From NCBI GenBank assembly GCA_963783575.1, contig CAWAOD010000003.1, positions 1 to 64,000 of the forward strand: a DNA stretch of 64,000 bases, given 5' to 3'. The DNA is from an uncultured Spirochaetota bacterium (GTDB lineage Bacteria > Spirochaetota > Brevinematia > Brevinematales > JAOACQ01). The notes under the pieces were generated by a model. The model did not search any database, was not told the DNA's origin, and saw nothing but the letters and a program-made list of their open reading frames with translations. Positions 31,248 through 41,773 of the stretch are shown piece by piece; within the stretch, counting starts at the first letter, position 1, and the number at the start of each line of letters is the position of its first letter. Position numbers and translations under genes: made by a program.

Positions 31248-31531
31248 AAAATTCTCCTTCGAAATTTTTTATGTCTCAACAATTACCCTTTCTCTAGAAA
31301 GTATTTTTTAATGAAAGATTTTTTTTATTGACAAAAAGAATTATAATAAAATGACTAAAAAACTGCAATAAAAAATTGAAAAATGTAGACAGAAACTCCC
31401 GGCTTAACTTCACGCTCGCGAAATTAAAGCCGATTTTTTGCAGTTTTATTTACCCCAATGTACAATATCTCGCTGTGGGAATAATAAATTTTCCTATCAT
31501 TATCTGTCAGGTTTAAAATCGGAGGTAAAGA

Positions 31532-32506
31532 ATGAAGGTTATAATTAAATCTCTTATTATAATTTATTTTCTTTCCTTAAGTTGCTGCACATCGCAACAA
31601 AAAGTGTACCATGTGGGTATTCTTTGCGGCGCGGCTTTTTTCAACGGAATAACTGAAGGCTTTAAGGAAAAAATGACCGAGCTGGGTTATGTTGAAGGTA
31701 CGAACATAATTTATGACATATACAATGCTATGGCTCCGGTTGGGAACCAGGACGTCATTAAAAAATTCATAGCTGAAAAGGTAGATTTAATTGTCGTTTA
31801 TCCCACAGAGGCATCAATAGAGGCAAAATCAGCTGTTCAGGGTTCAGGTATTCCAGTGGTTTTTGTCAATGCTTTTACCGAAGATACCGGCCTTGTTAAC
31901 AGCATCCGGGAGCCGGGCGGGAACATCACTGGCGTGAGATGGCCTGGTCCTGATGGAGTAGTTCAGCATTTTGAAATCATGCGTGAGATTTTGCCAAAAA
32001 TCAAGAGTATATTGACACCATCACAGAAAGATTATCCTATCACAAAAAGTCAGCTGGATGTCTTGCGAATGGCGTGTAAAAACGCTGACTTGAAATTGAT
32101 TGAGATGCCTGTCAATAATATCATAGGGCTTCAAGCGGGACTTAAAGAACTGGCCCGTTCTAACACTATTCCCGATGTAATATTTACCATAGCAGACCCC
32201 ATCTGTGTGATGCCTGACTCATATATTACTATAGCCAAATTCGCGGATGAACATAAAATTCCGGTTACCGGCGGTTATGTATCATTAGGAAATTATGGTT
32301 CAATTTTTGTTTATATACCCGAATCCGTACCCCAGGGAAAACAGGCTGCGTTTCTGGCCGACAAGATATTAAAAGGAACGCCAGCGGGGACCATCCCGGT
32401 CATCTCTGCCGAGAGTTATCTGAAGATTAATTACAAGGTCGTTAAAAAATTGGGATTGAAGGTTCCTGAAGACTTGTTAAGCAGGGCCGATGAGATAATA
32501 AAATAG
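31532..32506 (+). CDS. ABC-type substrate-binding lipoprotein (ABC_sub_bind family), orphan
   Basis: Lipobox-like LSCC; GFKEKMTELGYVEG, GLVNSIREPGGNITGV, KILKGTPAGTIPV, LLSRADEII. Confidence 0.85.
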   Translation: MKVIIKSLIIIYFLSLSCCTSQQKVYHVGILCGAAFFNGITEGFKEKMTELGYVEGTNIIYDIYNAMAPVGNQDVIKKFIAEKVDLIVVYPTEASIEAKSAVQGSGIPVVFVNAFTEDTGLVNSIREPGGNITGVRWPGPDGVVQHFEIMREILPKIKSILTPSQKDYPITKSQLDVLRMACKNADLKLIEMPVNNIIGLQAGLKELARSNTIPDVIFTIADPICVMPDSYITIAKFADEHKIPVTGGYVSLGNYGSIFVYIPESVPQGKQAAFLADKILKGTPAGTIPVISAESYLKINYKVVKKLGLKVPEDLLSRADEIIK

Positions 32507-32533
32507 ATCAGCTTAAATTTCAAGGATTCTAAA

Positions 32534-33315
32534 ATGACTAAATCTATTGATGTATCTGTAAGTATAATTTCTACGAATGAACGGCATTACATTGAAAAAC
32601 TTCTTCCTACTCTATATGATGCGGCAGATGGGATTTCTATGGAGGTAATTTTAATTGACAATAACTCCGACGATCATCTTGAGGAATTGAAAAATAAGGG
32701 TTATCCGAATCTCTATATTATACGAAATTTAAAAAGATTGGGGTTTTGTAAAAATCATAATATCGGTATTGAGAATTCAAATGGCCGGTATATTTTAGTT
32801 TTAAATCCGGACATACTTTTCGAAAAAGGAGAATCCTGTATAGCGAAAATGGTTCAATTTATGGATAGTCATGGTAATCATGCGGTGTCAGCGGATGCCG
32901 GGAATATAATTTTCAAAAAAAATTTGCTTATCCTGCTAGAAGATTTCTTAATTTTCATACGATACTGGTCCGCCGTTTACCCCAATTATTTTATTCGGAA
33001 AAAGTAATGATTAGTTTTTTTTATAAAGACCGGGATATCTATAGTACTTTTGAATGTGACTGGCTGCATGGCTGTTTCCTCTTTTTCAAGAAGGATGCCG
33101 TAAAACAAATCGGCGGATTTGATACGGGTTATCAAAAATATTTTGAAGATGTGGATGTCTGCAACCGTATCCATAAGGCAGGCTGGGATGTTTGCTTTTA
33201 TGGAAACACATATTATTATCACCTTGAACAGAGGGCAAGTAAGAAATTATTTTCTAAAGATGCAATTTTACATATACAAAGCTATTTAAGATGGATTAAA
33301 AAACGTGACGCTTAA
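32534..33315 (+). CDS. Glycosyltransferase family 2 (one frameshift near 32878)
   Basis: LIDNNSDD, GFCKNHNIG, LNPD; bridging frame CGVSGC..YPARRF joins to DWLHGCFL, GGFD..YFEDVDVC. Confidence 0.85.
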
Positions 33316-33344
33316 CCCAAGAACTACCTGGGGCAAGCGGCTTG

Positions 33345-35197
33345 TTAGTTAACCGGGAGAGATATTATAAACCTGCAGCCGTTCTTTTTTAAATTCTCTA
33401 CCTTGATATTTCCATTATACTTTGTGATAATACCGTATGATACCGATAAACCTAAGCCAAGATTGTCTTTACTGCCTTTTTTTGTTGAATAAAATGGCAG
33501 GAATATATCATTGATATTTTCCAGTTCTGATTCCTTTTCCTGTATCCTGGAAAATGATTTCAATTTCATTCTTATCAATTGCCTTAATGAGGTTAGTCTG
33601 AATGGTTAGAGACCCTCCTTCCGGCATGGCTTCAAAGCTGTTTTTTATTAAATTGAGCATAACCTGGCGGATTTCGGTTTTATTTGTTTTAATTCTCAGC
33701 GGATCGGCTTTTTTAATGTGATTCAGGGTTATATTTCTGTGGATGGCGTCATGTCCTGACGAGAGAAATCATATTATCCAGTAATTCATTGATATCTACA
33801 GCCTCGGATATGTCCGATTTATTGCTGCTGAAGGATATCAAGTTACTGATTATATGCTTAATAGACCCTATTTCCTCCTCCAGATTTTGAACTGTCTCAA
33901 TCAAATTACTATTTTTCATTTTGATTTTTAAATAGTCGAGGTAATTATAGATAATTTCAAGAGGGTTATTAATTTCATGGGCTACTCCAGCCGCGAGTAA
34001 TCCGATGGATGCCAGTTTTTCCGAGAGTATTACTTTTTCACGGAGCTTTTCCTGTTCCGTTACATCCTCTACAATAATCATATTTCCAATATCAATAAAA
34101 CCGTCGCTCAGCGGATAGGTAATTATATTGGTTTTATAAATAAAATTCTCCAGCCTGATAGGCTGGTTGATAAAAGTTTCTTTAATATTCTTTTGAACGG
34201 CGGTTTCTATTAATTTTAGTATCTGTCTATTTTCTTTATTGAATAATCTTTCAATAGGCATATCGATGGAGAATGTCTGTTCTATTTTAAAAAATTCTTT
34301 GGCATAATCATTCATCAGTTTTATTTTATTATTTTTATCAATAACAATCAGGTTGGCAGGGAAAGTTTCCAGAATTGCCTGATTGTATTTTAAAAGCTGG
34401 TAGAATTCCTCATTGTTTTCTTTAAATCTTTCTTCCTGGTTGATTTGAGTATAAGCCAGGCGGATAATGTTGATTTTATCTATATTTTTTATTGAATCGG
34501 TTACTAAAACCTCTCCGTTTCTAATAATAGTAACACGGTCGGCTAATTCAAAAAGCTTATCTATACTATGGGAAATAAACAGGATTGATAAGCCTTCATC
34601 CTTAAGTTTCTGAAGCAGCGTAATGATTCTTCTCAAATGAAACTCCGTCAGCTTTTCCAGAACCTCATCCAGTATCAGCAATTTCGGTTCCGTGAAAATA
34701 TTTCTCAGGATGTCAATAAGCACCGTTTCAGGAATCGACAGGTTCATAACGAGAGTTTCGGAATTATAGTCAAAACCGCATTTTTTTAAAAATTCATTAA
34801 CCTGTTCAACTATTATGGATTTATTTTTCAGTAAAATATTCGGGTTTAATTTTTTATTGTAAATCAGGAAATTATTAGCAATGGATAAATGTTTGCATAG
34901 CTGTGTGTGCTGCATTACCATCTGAATCCCTAATTTTTGGGCCATTTTCCTGGGGAAATAACCGCAAGACTTTTTATCCCATAAAATATTCCCTGACTGG
35001 GGAAATAGAAAACCGCTTAAGACTAAGCCCAGAGTAGATTTTCCAGAAGCATGTTCACCGACGACCGCATGGATTTCAGAAGGATAGAGCTCAAATGAAA
35101 TATTCTTCAGCGCTGAAACAGCGCCATATTTGACATTTATTCCATCCAGAACCATTAATGGCGTTTTTTTATTTGTTTCTGTCAATTGGTATGCCAT
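33345..35197 (-). CDS. Histidine kinase with N-terminal sugar-ABC ATPase-like domain and PAS domain (two +1 frameshifts, ~33753 and ~33530)
   Basis: HAVVGEHASGKSTL, LLILDE, FISHS, LADRVTIIRNG; PAS; AHEINNP; restored frame gives QVMLNLIKNSFEAMPEGG, DTGKGI, PFYSTK, GLGLS. Confidence 0.88.
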
Positions 35198-36527
35198 ATT
35201 TTTCCAGCTTGTTATAAAGAGTCGCCCTACTCATTGATAAAATACCGGCTGTTTTTTTCTTATTAAACCCGGTCTCATCTAAGGTTTTCAAAAGAAGTTT
35301 TTTTTCAATTCTTTCCCTGACATTACTTTCCGTATTGCTAATTTTATCGTTAATTATATATGCAGGCAAATTTTCAAGCTCGATCTTATCCTCATCGGAA
35401 ACGGCGAGCGCATATTGAACAAAATTCTTCAATTCCCTTACATTTCCAGGCCAATCATAATCTAAAAAAATTTTTTTTACTTCTTCTTTAATTTCAATAT
35501 CTGTTTTATTCTTTTCTTTTTTAAATTCATGAATAAAATAATTAACCAGTAAAACAATATCTTCTTTTCTATCCCGCAGTGATGGTATGTTTAATACGGC
35601 GGAATTTAATCGGTAAAACAGGTCTTCCCTGAAAGTTTTATTTTCGATTAATGTTTTTAAATTTTTATTTGTCGCTGTTATAAAACGGACATCGACTTTT
35701 ATATTTTCTTTTCCTCCCAATCTCCTGATTTCATGGTTCTGTATGGTGCGTAGTATTTTAGCCTGGATGGATAATGGCATATCACCCAGTTCGTCTAAAA
35801 ACAAAGTGCTGCCGTCTGCCTGTTCAAATACACCTTTATAAGTATTATTAGCGCCTGTAAACGCGCCTTTATCATGACCGAACAGTTCATTATCAAGGAG
35901 AGATTCGGGAAAAGATGCGCAGTTTATTTTTATCATTTCTTTATATGCCCTTGAGGAATTGGCATGAATAAAGTCGGCCAATACTTCTTTTCCTGTGCCG
36001 CTTTCCCCCGTAATCAGAATAGGCAGATCGGATTCAGCGATTTTAGCTGCCTTTTTACAGATATTTTTCATATCAATGTTATCTGTAATGATAGTTGAAG
36101 AATAATCGATAATCCTTTTTTTTAATTGACTGTTCTCGTTTTCTAATTTTTTTACCCGGGTCGCGTTTTCAACAACTGTCAATAATTTTTCGAATTTAAC
36201 AGGTTTATTAAGGTAATCGTATGCCCCCAGTTTTATGGATGTAACTGCTGTTTCAATAGTTCCATAACCTGTAAGCATTATAACCGGTGTTTTCTTTATT
36301 TCTATTAACTTTTGCAGTACATCAATACCGTTTTCCGATCCCAGTTTAACATCAAGAATTACCGCATAATAATTATTTTTTTTATAGTGTGATAAAGCAT
36401 CCTGACCATTCAAAGCATATGAAACCATGTATCCCCTTTCGATAAAACTCTGCCGAAGGCTTGCGCATAGCTTTTCGTTGTCATCGATTATAAGAATTGG
36501 TATCTTTTGTGTATGATTATTTGACAT
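35169..36527 (-). CDS. Sigma-54-dependent response regulator (NtrC/AtoC family)
   Basis: REC (IIDD, LDVKL, KP), GESGTGKE, GAFTGA, FLDE, WPGNVREL, Fis-type HTH; overlaps the kinase start. Confidence 0.95.
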   Translation of the reverse strand: MSNNHTQKIPILIIDDNEKLCASLRQSFIERGYMVSYALNGQDALSHYKKNNYYAVILDVKLGSENGIDVLQKLIEIKKTPVIMLTGYGTIETAVTSIKLGAYDYLNKPVKFEKLLTVVENATRVKKLENENSQLKKRIIDYSSTIITDNIDMKNICKKAAKIAESDLPILITGESGTGKEVLADFIHANSSRAYKEMIKINCASFPESLLDNELFGHDKGAFTGANNTYKGVFEQADGSTLFLDELGDMPLSIQAKILRTIQNHEIRRLGGKENIKVDVRFITATNKNLKTLIENKTFREDLFYRLNSAVLNIPSLRDRKEDIVLLVNYFIHEFKKEKNKTDIEIKEEVKKIFLDYDWPGNVRELKNFVQYALAVSDEDKIELENLPAYIINDKISNTESNVRERIEKKLLLKTLDETGFNKKKTAGILSMSRATLYNKLEKYGIPIDRNK

Positions 36528-36665
36528 AGGCTAAAACCCCAGTGTTTAATTATTGTACACTTTTATTATTTTGTCAAGCTTAATTCATTGAATAATTCTT
36601 TTTATAAATATCTATTCTATTATCAATTATATAAATAATTAATATTATAAATAAAACCTGGTATA

Positions 36666-36681
36666 TGGCATAAATATTGCG
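36666..36681 (+). promoter_or_regulatory. Sigma-54 (-24/-12) promoter motif pointing at the rbsACB-like operon
   Basis: TGGCATAAATATTGCG: GG-N10-GC spacing, close to TGGCAC-N5-TTGC consensus; next to a sigma-54 activator gene. Confidence 0.7.
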
Positions 36682-36912
36682 AATCTCATCCAAATGTATT
36701 GTTATTTTGAATGAAGCTCTGGCAACATTCACTAATATTTAATCCATTGTCAATTCTATAATAACCTTCTAAGAACAGGGAAAAGGGTATTTTCAGCACA
36801 CTATTTAATATATAATTGAGCTACCCAACGCTATAAGGAATGAAAGCAGAATTTGAAAATAATTATACGATAATAATATTTATCACTAAATAAAATATCC
36901 CTAAAAAAACTA

Positions 36913-36958
36913 TTGACAATCGGAAGCTCATGATATAAAATAATGTAAGCGCTTAACA
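36913..36958 (+). promoter_or_regulatory. Sigma-70 promoter with LacI-type operator for the rbsACB-like operon
   Basis: TTGACA 36913, 17 bp, TAAAAT 36936, TGTAAGCGCTTAACA 36944-36958. Confidence 0.8.
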
Positions 36959-37017
36959 TAATAGGTTTATTATCCAACTGAGTATAAAAATAAGATTATT
37001 CGGAGGAAGCAAAGGCT

Positions 37018-38513
37018 GTGGAACAGTTATTGATAAAAGTTGAAGATATTGTAAAGGAGTTTCCCGGTGTTACGGCTTTGTATAAAATGAATATGGATCT
37101 CCGGAAGGGGGAAGTTCATGCCATTGTCGGTGAAAACGGAGCCGGTAAATCGACGCTTATGAAAATATTAGGCGGCGTTTATCAGCCTGATGAAGGCAGG
37201 ATCTTTTACAAGGGTAATGAGACAAAGATTGAAGGCCCTCATGATGCTCAAAAGAAAGGGATCAGTATTATTTATCAGGAATTAAACCTAGCGCCCCATT
37301 TGACTGTTGCGCAGAATATTTTTCTTGGCAGGGAACCTGTTTTTTATGGCGGAGTGCTTAATAAAAACAGGCAAAATGAACAGGCTGTGAAGATTTTGAA
37401 ATCACTTAATTTAGATATTGATCCCGATACAATTGTGAAAGATCTTGGAGTCTCAAAGCAGCAGATGGTTGAAATTGCCAAGGCTTTATCAATTAAATCG
37501 GAAATCCTGATAATGGATGAACCCACATCCGCTTTAAGCGAATCTGAAATAGATGAATTATTTAAGGTTATCCATAACCTTAGAAACGAGGGTGTCGGAA
37601 TATTTTATATTTCACACCGTCTTGAAGAATTAAAGCATATTGTAGACCGGATAAGTATAATGAGAGACGGTAAATTGATTGGGACTTATGATTATGGAAC
37701 ATTGACGCTTGATAGTATTATTGCAAAAATGGTCGGCAGGGAATTAAAGGATAAATTTCCAGCCAGAGATATCAGTTTAGGAGAAAAAGTCCTGGAAGTT
37801 AAAAATCTGTCCAGGAAAGGTGTTCTGGAAGATATCAGCTTTTCATTAAATAAAGGAGAAATATTTGGGAGTAGCCGGATTAATGGGCTCCGGGAGGACA
37901 GAGCTGGCGAGGGCTTTGTTTGGTGCCGATAAGATCGATCATGGTAAGATTTATATTGACAGAAAAGAAGTCTCTATCAAAAGCCCGAGGGGTGCCATTA
38001 AAGAATACATAGGATTTATCACTGAAGATAGAAAAAAAGACGGATTGGCTTTAACCCTTCAGGTTGATGATAATATAGTTTTAGCCAGTGTGAAAAATGT
38101 ATCAAACGCATTGGGTATTGTATTGGATGGGAAAAAAAGGAAAGTCGCTGAAAAATTTGTTTCTGACTTAAAAATAAAAACTCCCAGCCTGCAGCAGAAA
38201 GTAAATAAGCTGAGCGGAGGAAACCAGCAGAAAGTTGTCCTGGCAAAATGGCTTAGCAGGAAAACAAAAATCCTGATTATGGACGAACCAACCCGCGGTA
38301 TTGATGTCGGAGCCAAGTTCGAGGTTCATGAATTAATGAATTCCCTGGTTAGAGAAGGAATGTGTATCATTATGATATCTTCCGAATTACCTGAAATTCT
38401 CGGGATGAGTGATAGAATTCTTGGTATTGCATGACGGCAGGGTTTTCGGAATATTAGATAAAAATGAGGCAACTCAGGAGAAGATTCTGAGTCTGGCTAC
38501 CGGTTTAGTATAA
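37018..38513 (+). CDS. CUT2 monosaccharide ABC transporter ATP-binding protein, RbsA-like (two +1 frameshifts, ~37864 and ~38423)
   Basis: GENGAGKST, MDEPTSAL, ISHRL; GLMGSGRTE, EDRKKDGL, LSGGNQQK, DEPTRGIDVGAK; restored tail VLHDGR..ATQEKILSLATGLV*. Confidence 0.9.
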
Positions 38514-38536
38514 AATAATTAAGAGGTAATGTTGAT

Positions 38537-39520
38537 ATGAGTCCAAATGAATTAACGAAAAAAGAGGCCGTTACTCCAAAAAAAGCTGTTTTTAAAGGGA
38601 ATTTCCTGGAGCAAATAGGGCCATTTGCGGCGCTGATAATAATGTTTATTGTTTTTTCAATCATTTCCAATCATTTCTTTACCCTGCCGAATCTTTTAAC
38701 GGTCGCTTTGCAGACAAGTATTATCGCTTTTATTGGCATCGGTGTTACATTCTGCATTATCACAGCTGGGATAGATTTGAGCATCGGTTCCGTCCTTGCT
38801 TTCAGCAGTGTATGCGGCGGCCTGGCCATGAAAGCCGGCATTCCTGTGCCTATCGCTGTTTTATTAGCTTTATTAGTAGGAATGGCTTGCGGTTTATTCA
38901 ATGGTTTTATCATCACGAAAGGGCATCTTCCCCCTTTTATCGCAACCCTTGGAATGATGTCGATCGCAAGAGGCGCCGGGCTTTTTATCACGAATGCCGC
39001 TCCGATTATGGGTTTTCCCAATTCCTTCGAATTTCTGGGAGGAAGGATTTATAACATCATTCCTGTACCTGTAATTATAATGATCATTGTCGCGTTGATA
39101 TTCGGTTTTATACTGACAAAAACAAGGCTCGGTCTTTATGCCTATGCGATTGGATCTAATGAAGAGGCTGCGAGACTATCCGGTATCAATATAGACCTGG
39201 TTAAGTTCTCGGTCTACGCAATATCCGGAATTCTTGCCGCAGTAGCGGGAATAGTGCTTGCATCCCGTCTTGCCACCGCACAGGCAACAGCTGGTGTAGC
39301 GTATGAACTGGATGCGATAGCGGCCGCCGTTATCGGCGGGACCAGTTTGATGGGAGGAGTTGGCACCATAACAGGTACCCTGATCGGGGCTTTTATTATC
39401 GGAATTATGAGAAACGGTTTAAATATGATGGGTGTTTCCAACTTTATTCAGCAAATGATTATAGGACTTGTTATTATTGGTGCGGTTTATATCGATCAAT
39501 TAAGGAATAGAAAAAAATAA
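38537..39520 (+). CDS. CUT2 ABC transporter permease, RbsC-like
   Basis: GIDLSIGS, PPFIATLGM, YAIGSNEEAARLSGI, YELDAIAAAVIGG. Confidence 0.93.
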   Translation: MSPNELTKKEAVTPKKAVFKGNFLEQIGPFAALIIMFIVFSIISNHFFTLPNLLTVALQTSIIAFIGIGVTFCIITAGIDLSIGSVLAFSSVCGGLAMKAGIPVPIAVLLALLVGMACGLFNGFIITKGHLPPFIATLGMMSIARGAGLFITNAAPIMGFPNSFEFLGGRIYNIIPVPVIIMIIVALIFGFILTKTRLGLYAYAIGSNEEAARLSGINIDLVKFSVYAISGILAAVAGIVLASRLATAQATAGVAYELDAIAAAVIGGTSLMGGVGTITGTLIGAFIIGIMRNGLNMMGVSNFIQQMIIGLVIIGAVYIDQLRNRKK

Positions 39521-39558
39521 AAAACTGTTTTAAACAGTAATAAATAAGGAGGAAAACT

Positions 39559-40518
39559 ATGGTTAAGTTCTTTAAGGGAAAGAACTGGTTAGTCAGTCTT
39601 GCTGTCGCTGCTGTGTTTAGTTTTGTGTGCGCGATTCTATATGCCGAAGATGTTGCAGTAATTGTGAAAACCGCTAATTCAGATTACTGGCAGGTGGTCA
39701 ACAAAGGAGCTATGCAGGCTTCTAAGGATTTCGGCTTTACGTTTACCTATGATGGCCCGTCTGCCGAAACCGCTATTAATGAAGAAGTATCATTGGTAGA
39801 AAACGCGATCAACAGAAAGGTTAAAGCGATTGTACTGGCTCCTTCTGATCCGCAGGGATTGGTATCTGTCGTGAAAGCTGCAGTTGCTGCTAAAATCACT
39901 ATAATCGGAATAGACTCGGCTCTTGCCGACAATAATCTTTTCGATGCCTTCCTGACAACCGATAATGTCGCGGCAGGTAAAAAAGCGGCCGATGAATTGA
40001 TCAAAAGGATGGGAAAGACTGGAAAAGTGGCTTTAATGCTTTATGTTGCCGGCGCAGGCAGCTGTGTTGACAGACAAAAAGGATTTACCGATGAAATTAA
40101 GAAAATGGCGCCTGGAATCAAAATTGTTGGACCTTACTATTCCGATGCAGATTCCGCAAAAGCTTTGAATCAGATGACTGATGTTTTAGCATCCAACCCC
40201 GACCTCAAAGGCGTATTCGCTGCTAATGAACCGACCGCTATCGGCGTAGGCCGTGCTATCCAGGAACAAGGCAAAGCCGGAAAGCTGGTTGCAATCGGTT
40301 TTGACGGAACTCCGCAGTTACAGGAATTTGTCAAGAGCGGCGTTTATCAGGCTATTATGGTTCAGAGTCCTTTTAATATGGGATACCTGGGCTTACAGGC
40401 TGCTATGGACAAGGTAAAAGGAAAAACTATTAAGAAATTCATTGACACCGGAGTATTTTCAGTAACAACAGAAAATATTGCTTCTGATGAAGCTCAGAAA
40501 GCATTGGGCAACAAATAA
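39559..40518 (+). CDS. CUT2 ABC transporter substrate-binding protein, RbsB-like
   Basis: Signal peptide; IVKTANSDYW, TDNVAAG, FAANE, GFDG, QSPFNMGY, IDTG. Confidence 0.92.
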   Translation: MVKFFKGKNWLVSLAVAAVFSFVCAILYAEDVAVIVKTANSDYWQVVNKGAMQASKDFGFTFTYDGPSAETAINEEVSLVENAINRKVKAIVLAPSDPQGLVSVVKAAVAAKITIIGIDSALADNNLFDAFLTTDNVAAGKKAADELIKRMGKTGKVALMLYVAGAGSCVDRQKGFTDEIKKMAPGIKIVGPYYSDADSAKALNQMTDVLASNPDLKGVFAANEPTAIGVGRAIQEQGKAGKLVAIGFDGTPQLQEFVKSGVYQAIMVQSPFNMGYLGLQAAMDKVKGKTIKKFIDTGVFSVTTENIASDEAQKALGNK

Positions 40519-40564
40519 AAGGAAAGTAGTTTAAAACTAATTGTGAAAATTAGTTTGGGCAAAA

Positions 40565-40599
40565 GGTCTGTGTAATAGCACTAGTCTATTACACAGACC
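40565..40599. terminator. Hairpin between convergent rbsB-like and lacI genes (probable terminator)
   Basis: GGTCTGTGTAATAG-N7-CTATTACACAGACC 14 bp perfect stem; T-run follows on the minus strand. Confidence 0.7.
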
Positions 40600-40708
40600 G
40601 GATAATAAAATTGAAAAGAAAATTTGGTTTTCTAAGAAATGTTAAATGAAAAATTCATATAAAGCAAGTTTTTACTTTGATTTAATGAGGATCAATCCAC
40701 AAGGTAAT

Positions 40709-41743
40709 TTATCCCTTTGTGGATTTTCTGGTTACGAGTGAACAGGAGATTTTTATCTGCTTCTGTTGAATGGGTTTACCTTCAATCAGCTGCATCAAAA
40801 TATTAAAAGCCATTGAGGCTATGGTTTCAACATGCTGATCGACGGTCGTCAGAGGCGTCTTGAAATACCGAAGATATTTGTTATTACCATAACCCGCCGT
40901 CATGATATCTTCAGGGACATTGATTTTATACTCATCCAGAGCTTCCAGGATTCCCATGGAAACATAGTCGTTAACCCCAATGACGGCGTCAATGGATTTT
41001 ATTTTACCGCTCTGTATCAAATTGCTGGTCACTTTATATCCATCTTCCTGAAAATAACTGCTTTCTAAAATCAGGCTGTCATCCATTAGGATTCCTTTTT
41101 CATTATATGCCTTCCGATATCCCTCAATTCTTTCTATGCTAACGCTGGTTTCCCTGCTTCCAGCAATAAAAGCGATTCTTTTCGCCCCTTTGTCTAAAAT
41201 ATGGCTGACTAATTGATAAGAGCCGTCTACATCGTCCGTTGTTACACAATTAAAATTCTTATTATTTTTAAAATAACGGTCGACAAGGACCAGAGGAATT
41301 TTTTGCTTTTGTATGTTTTCAAGAAATTCTATGTTTTCATCATTCATGGCGGGAGCGAGTATAATACCGTTAACCCTTCGTGAAATCATAGTTTCCAGGG
41401 CTTTTCTTTCAGCATGGGTATCCTCGTAACTATGGGATAAAAAAATGCTGTAATTCATGTCCACCGCTCTTTTACTGACTTCATAACAGAGTTCATTGAA
41501 AAAAAGCTGCATGATATCTGGAATAATCAGGCCGATAGCCATGCTATTCCGAAGGGAAAGTGCTTTCGCGGCAAAATTCGGGACATAACCCAATTCTTTA
41601 GAGGCCGCTAATACTTCATCCTTTGTCTTTTTACTGATGGGTATTCCCTTCTGATCTATGCCATTTAATACCCTTGAAACGGTTGCAATGCTTTTTCCCG
41701 TTTTTTTGGCGATATCCTCGATTGTGGGATATTGTTTAATCAT
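40709..41743 (-). CDS. LacI-family transcriptional regulator
   Basis: TIEDIAKKTGKSIATVSRVLN, LGYVPNFAAKAL, PLTTVDQ, LVTRKST. Confidence 0.93.
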   Translation of the reverse strand: MIKQYPTIEDIAKKTGKSIATVSRVLNGIDQKGIPISKKTKDEVLAASKELGYVPNFAAKALSLRNSMAIGLIIPDIMQLFFNELCYEVSKRAVDMNYSIFLSHSYEDTHAERKALETMISRRVNGIILAPAMNDENIEFLENIQKQKIPLVLVDRYFKNNKNFNCVTTDDVDGSYQLVSHILDKGAKRIAFIAGSRETSVSIERIEGYRKAYNEKGILMDDSLILESSYFQEDGYKVTSNLIQSGKIKSIDAVIGVNDYVSMGILEALDEYKINVPEDIMTAGYGNNKYLRYFKTPLTTVDQHVETIASMAFNILMQLIEGKPIQQKQIKISCSLVTRKSTKG

Positions 41744-41773
41744 AATATTATTCCTTTTCTTTTCATTTGTTAA

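Noticed and set aside
33500..38430. Programmed ribosomal frameshifting or phase variation in the ABC-kinase and rbsA
   Set aside because: No slippery heptamers or long homopolymer tracts; two shifts per gene; same +1 pattern across unrelated genes
37018..40518. Naming the transporter rbsACB (ribose)
   Set aside because: Family is clear but no rbsK/rbsD alongside, and the shared promoter links it to a galactitol/tagatose-type pathway, so substrate is left open
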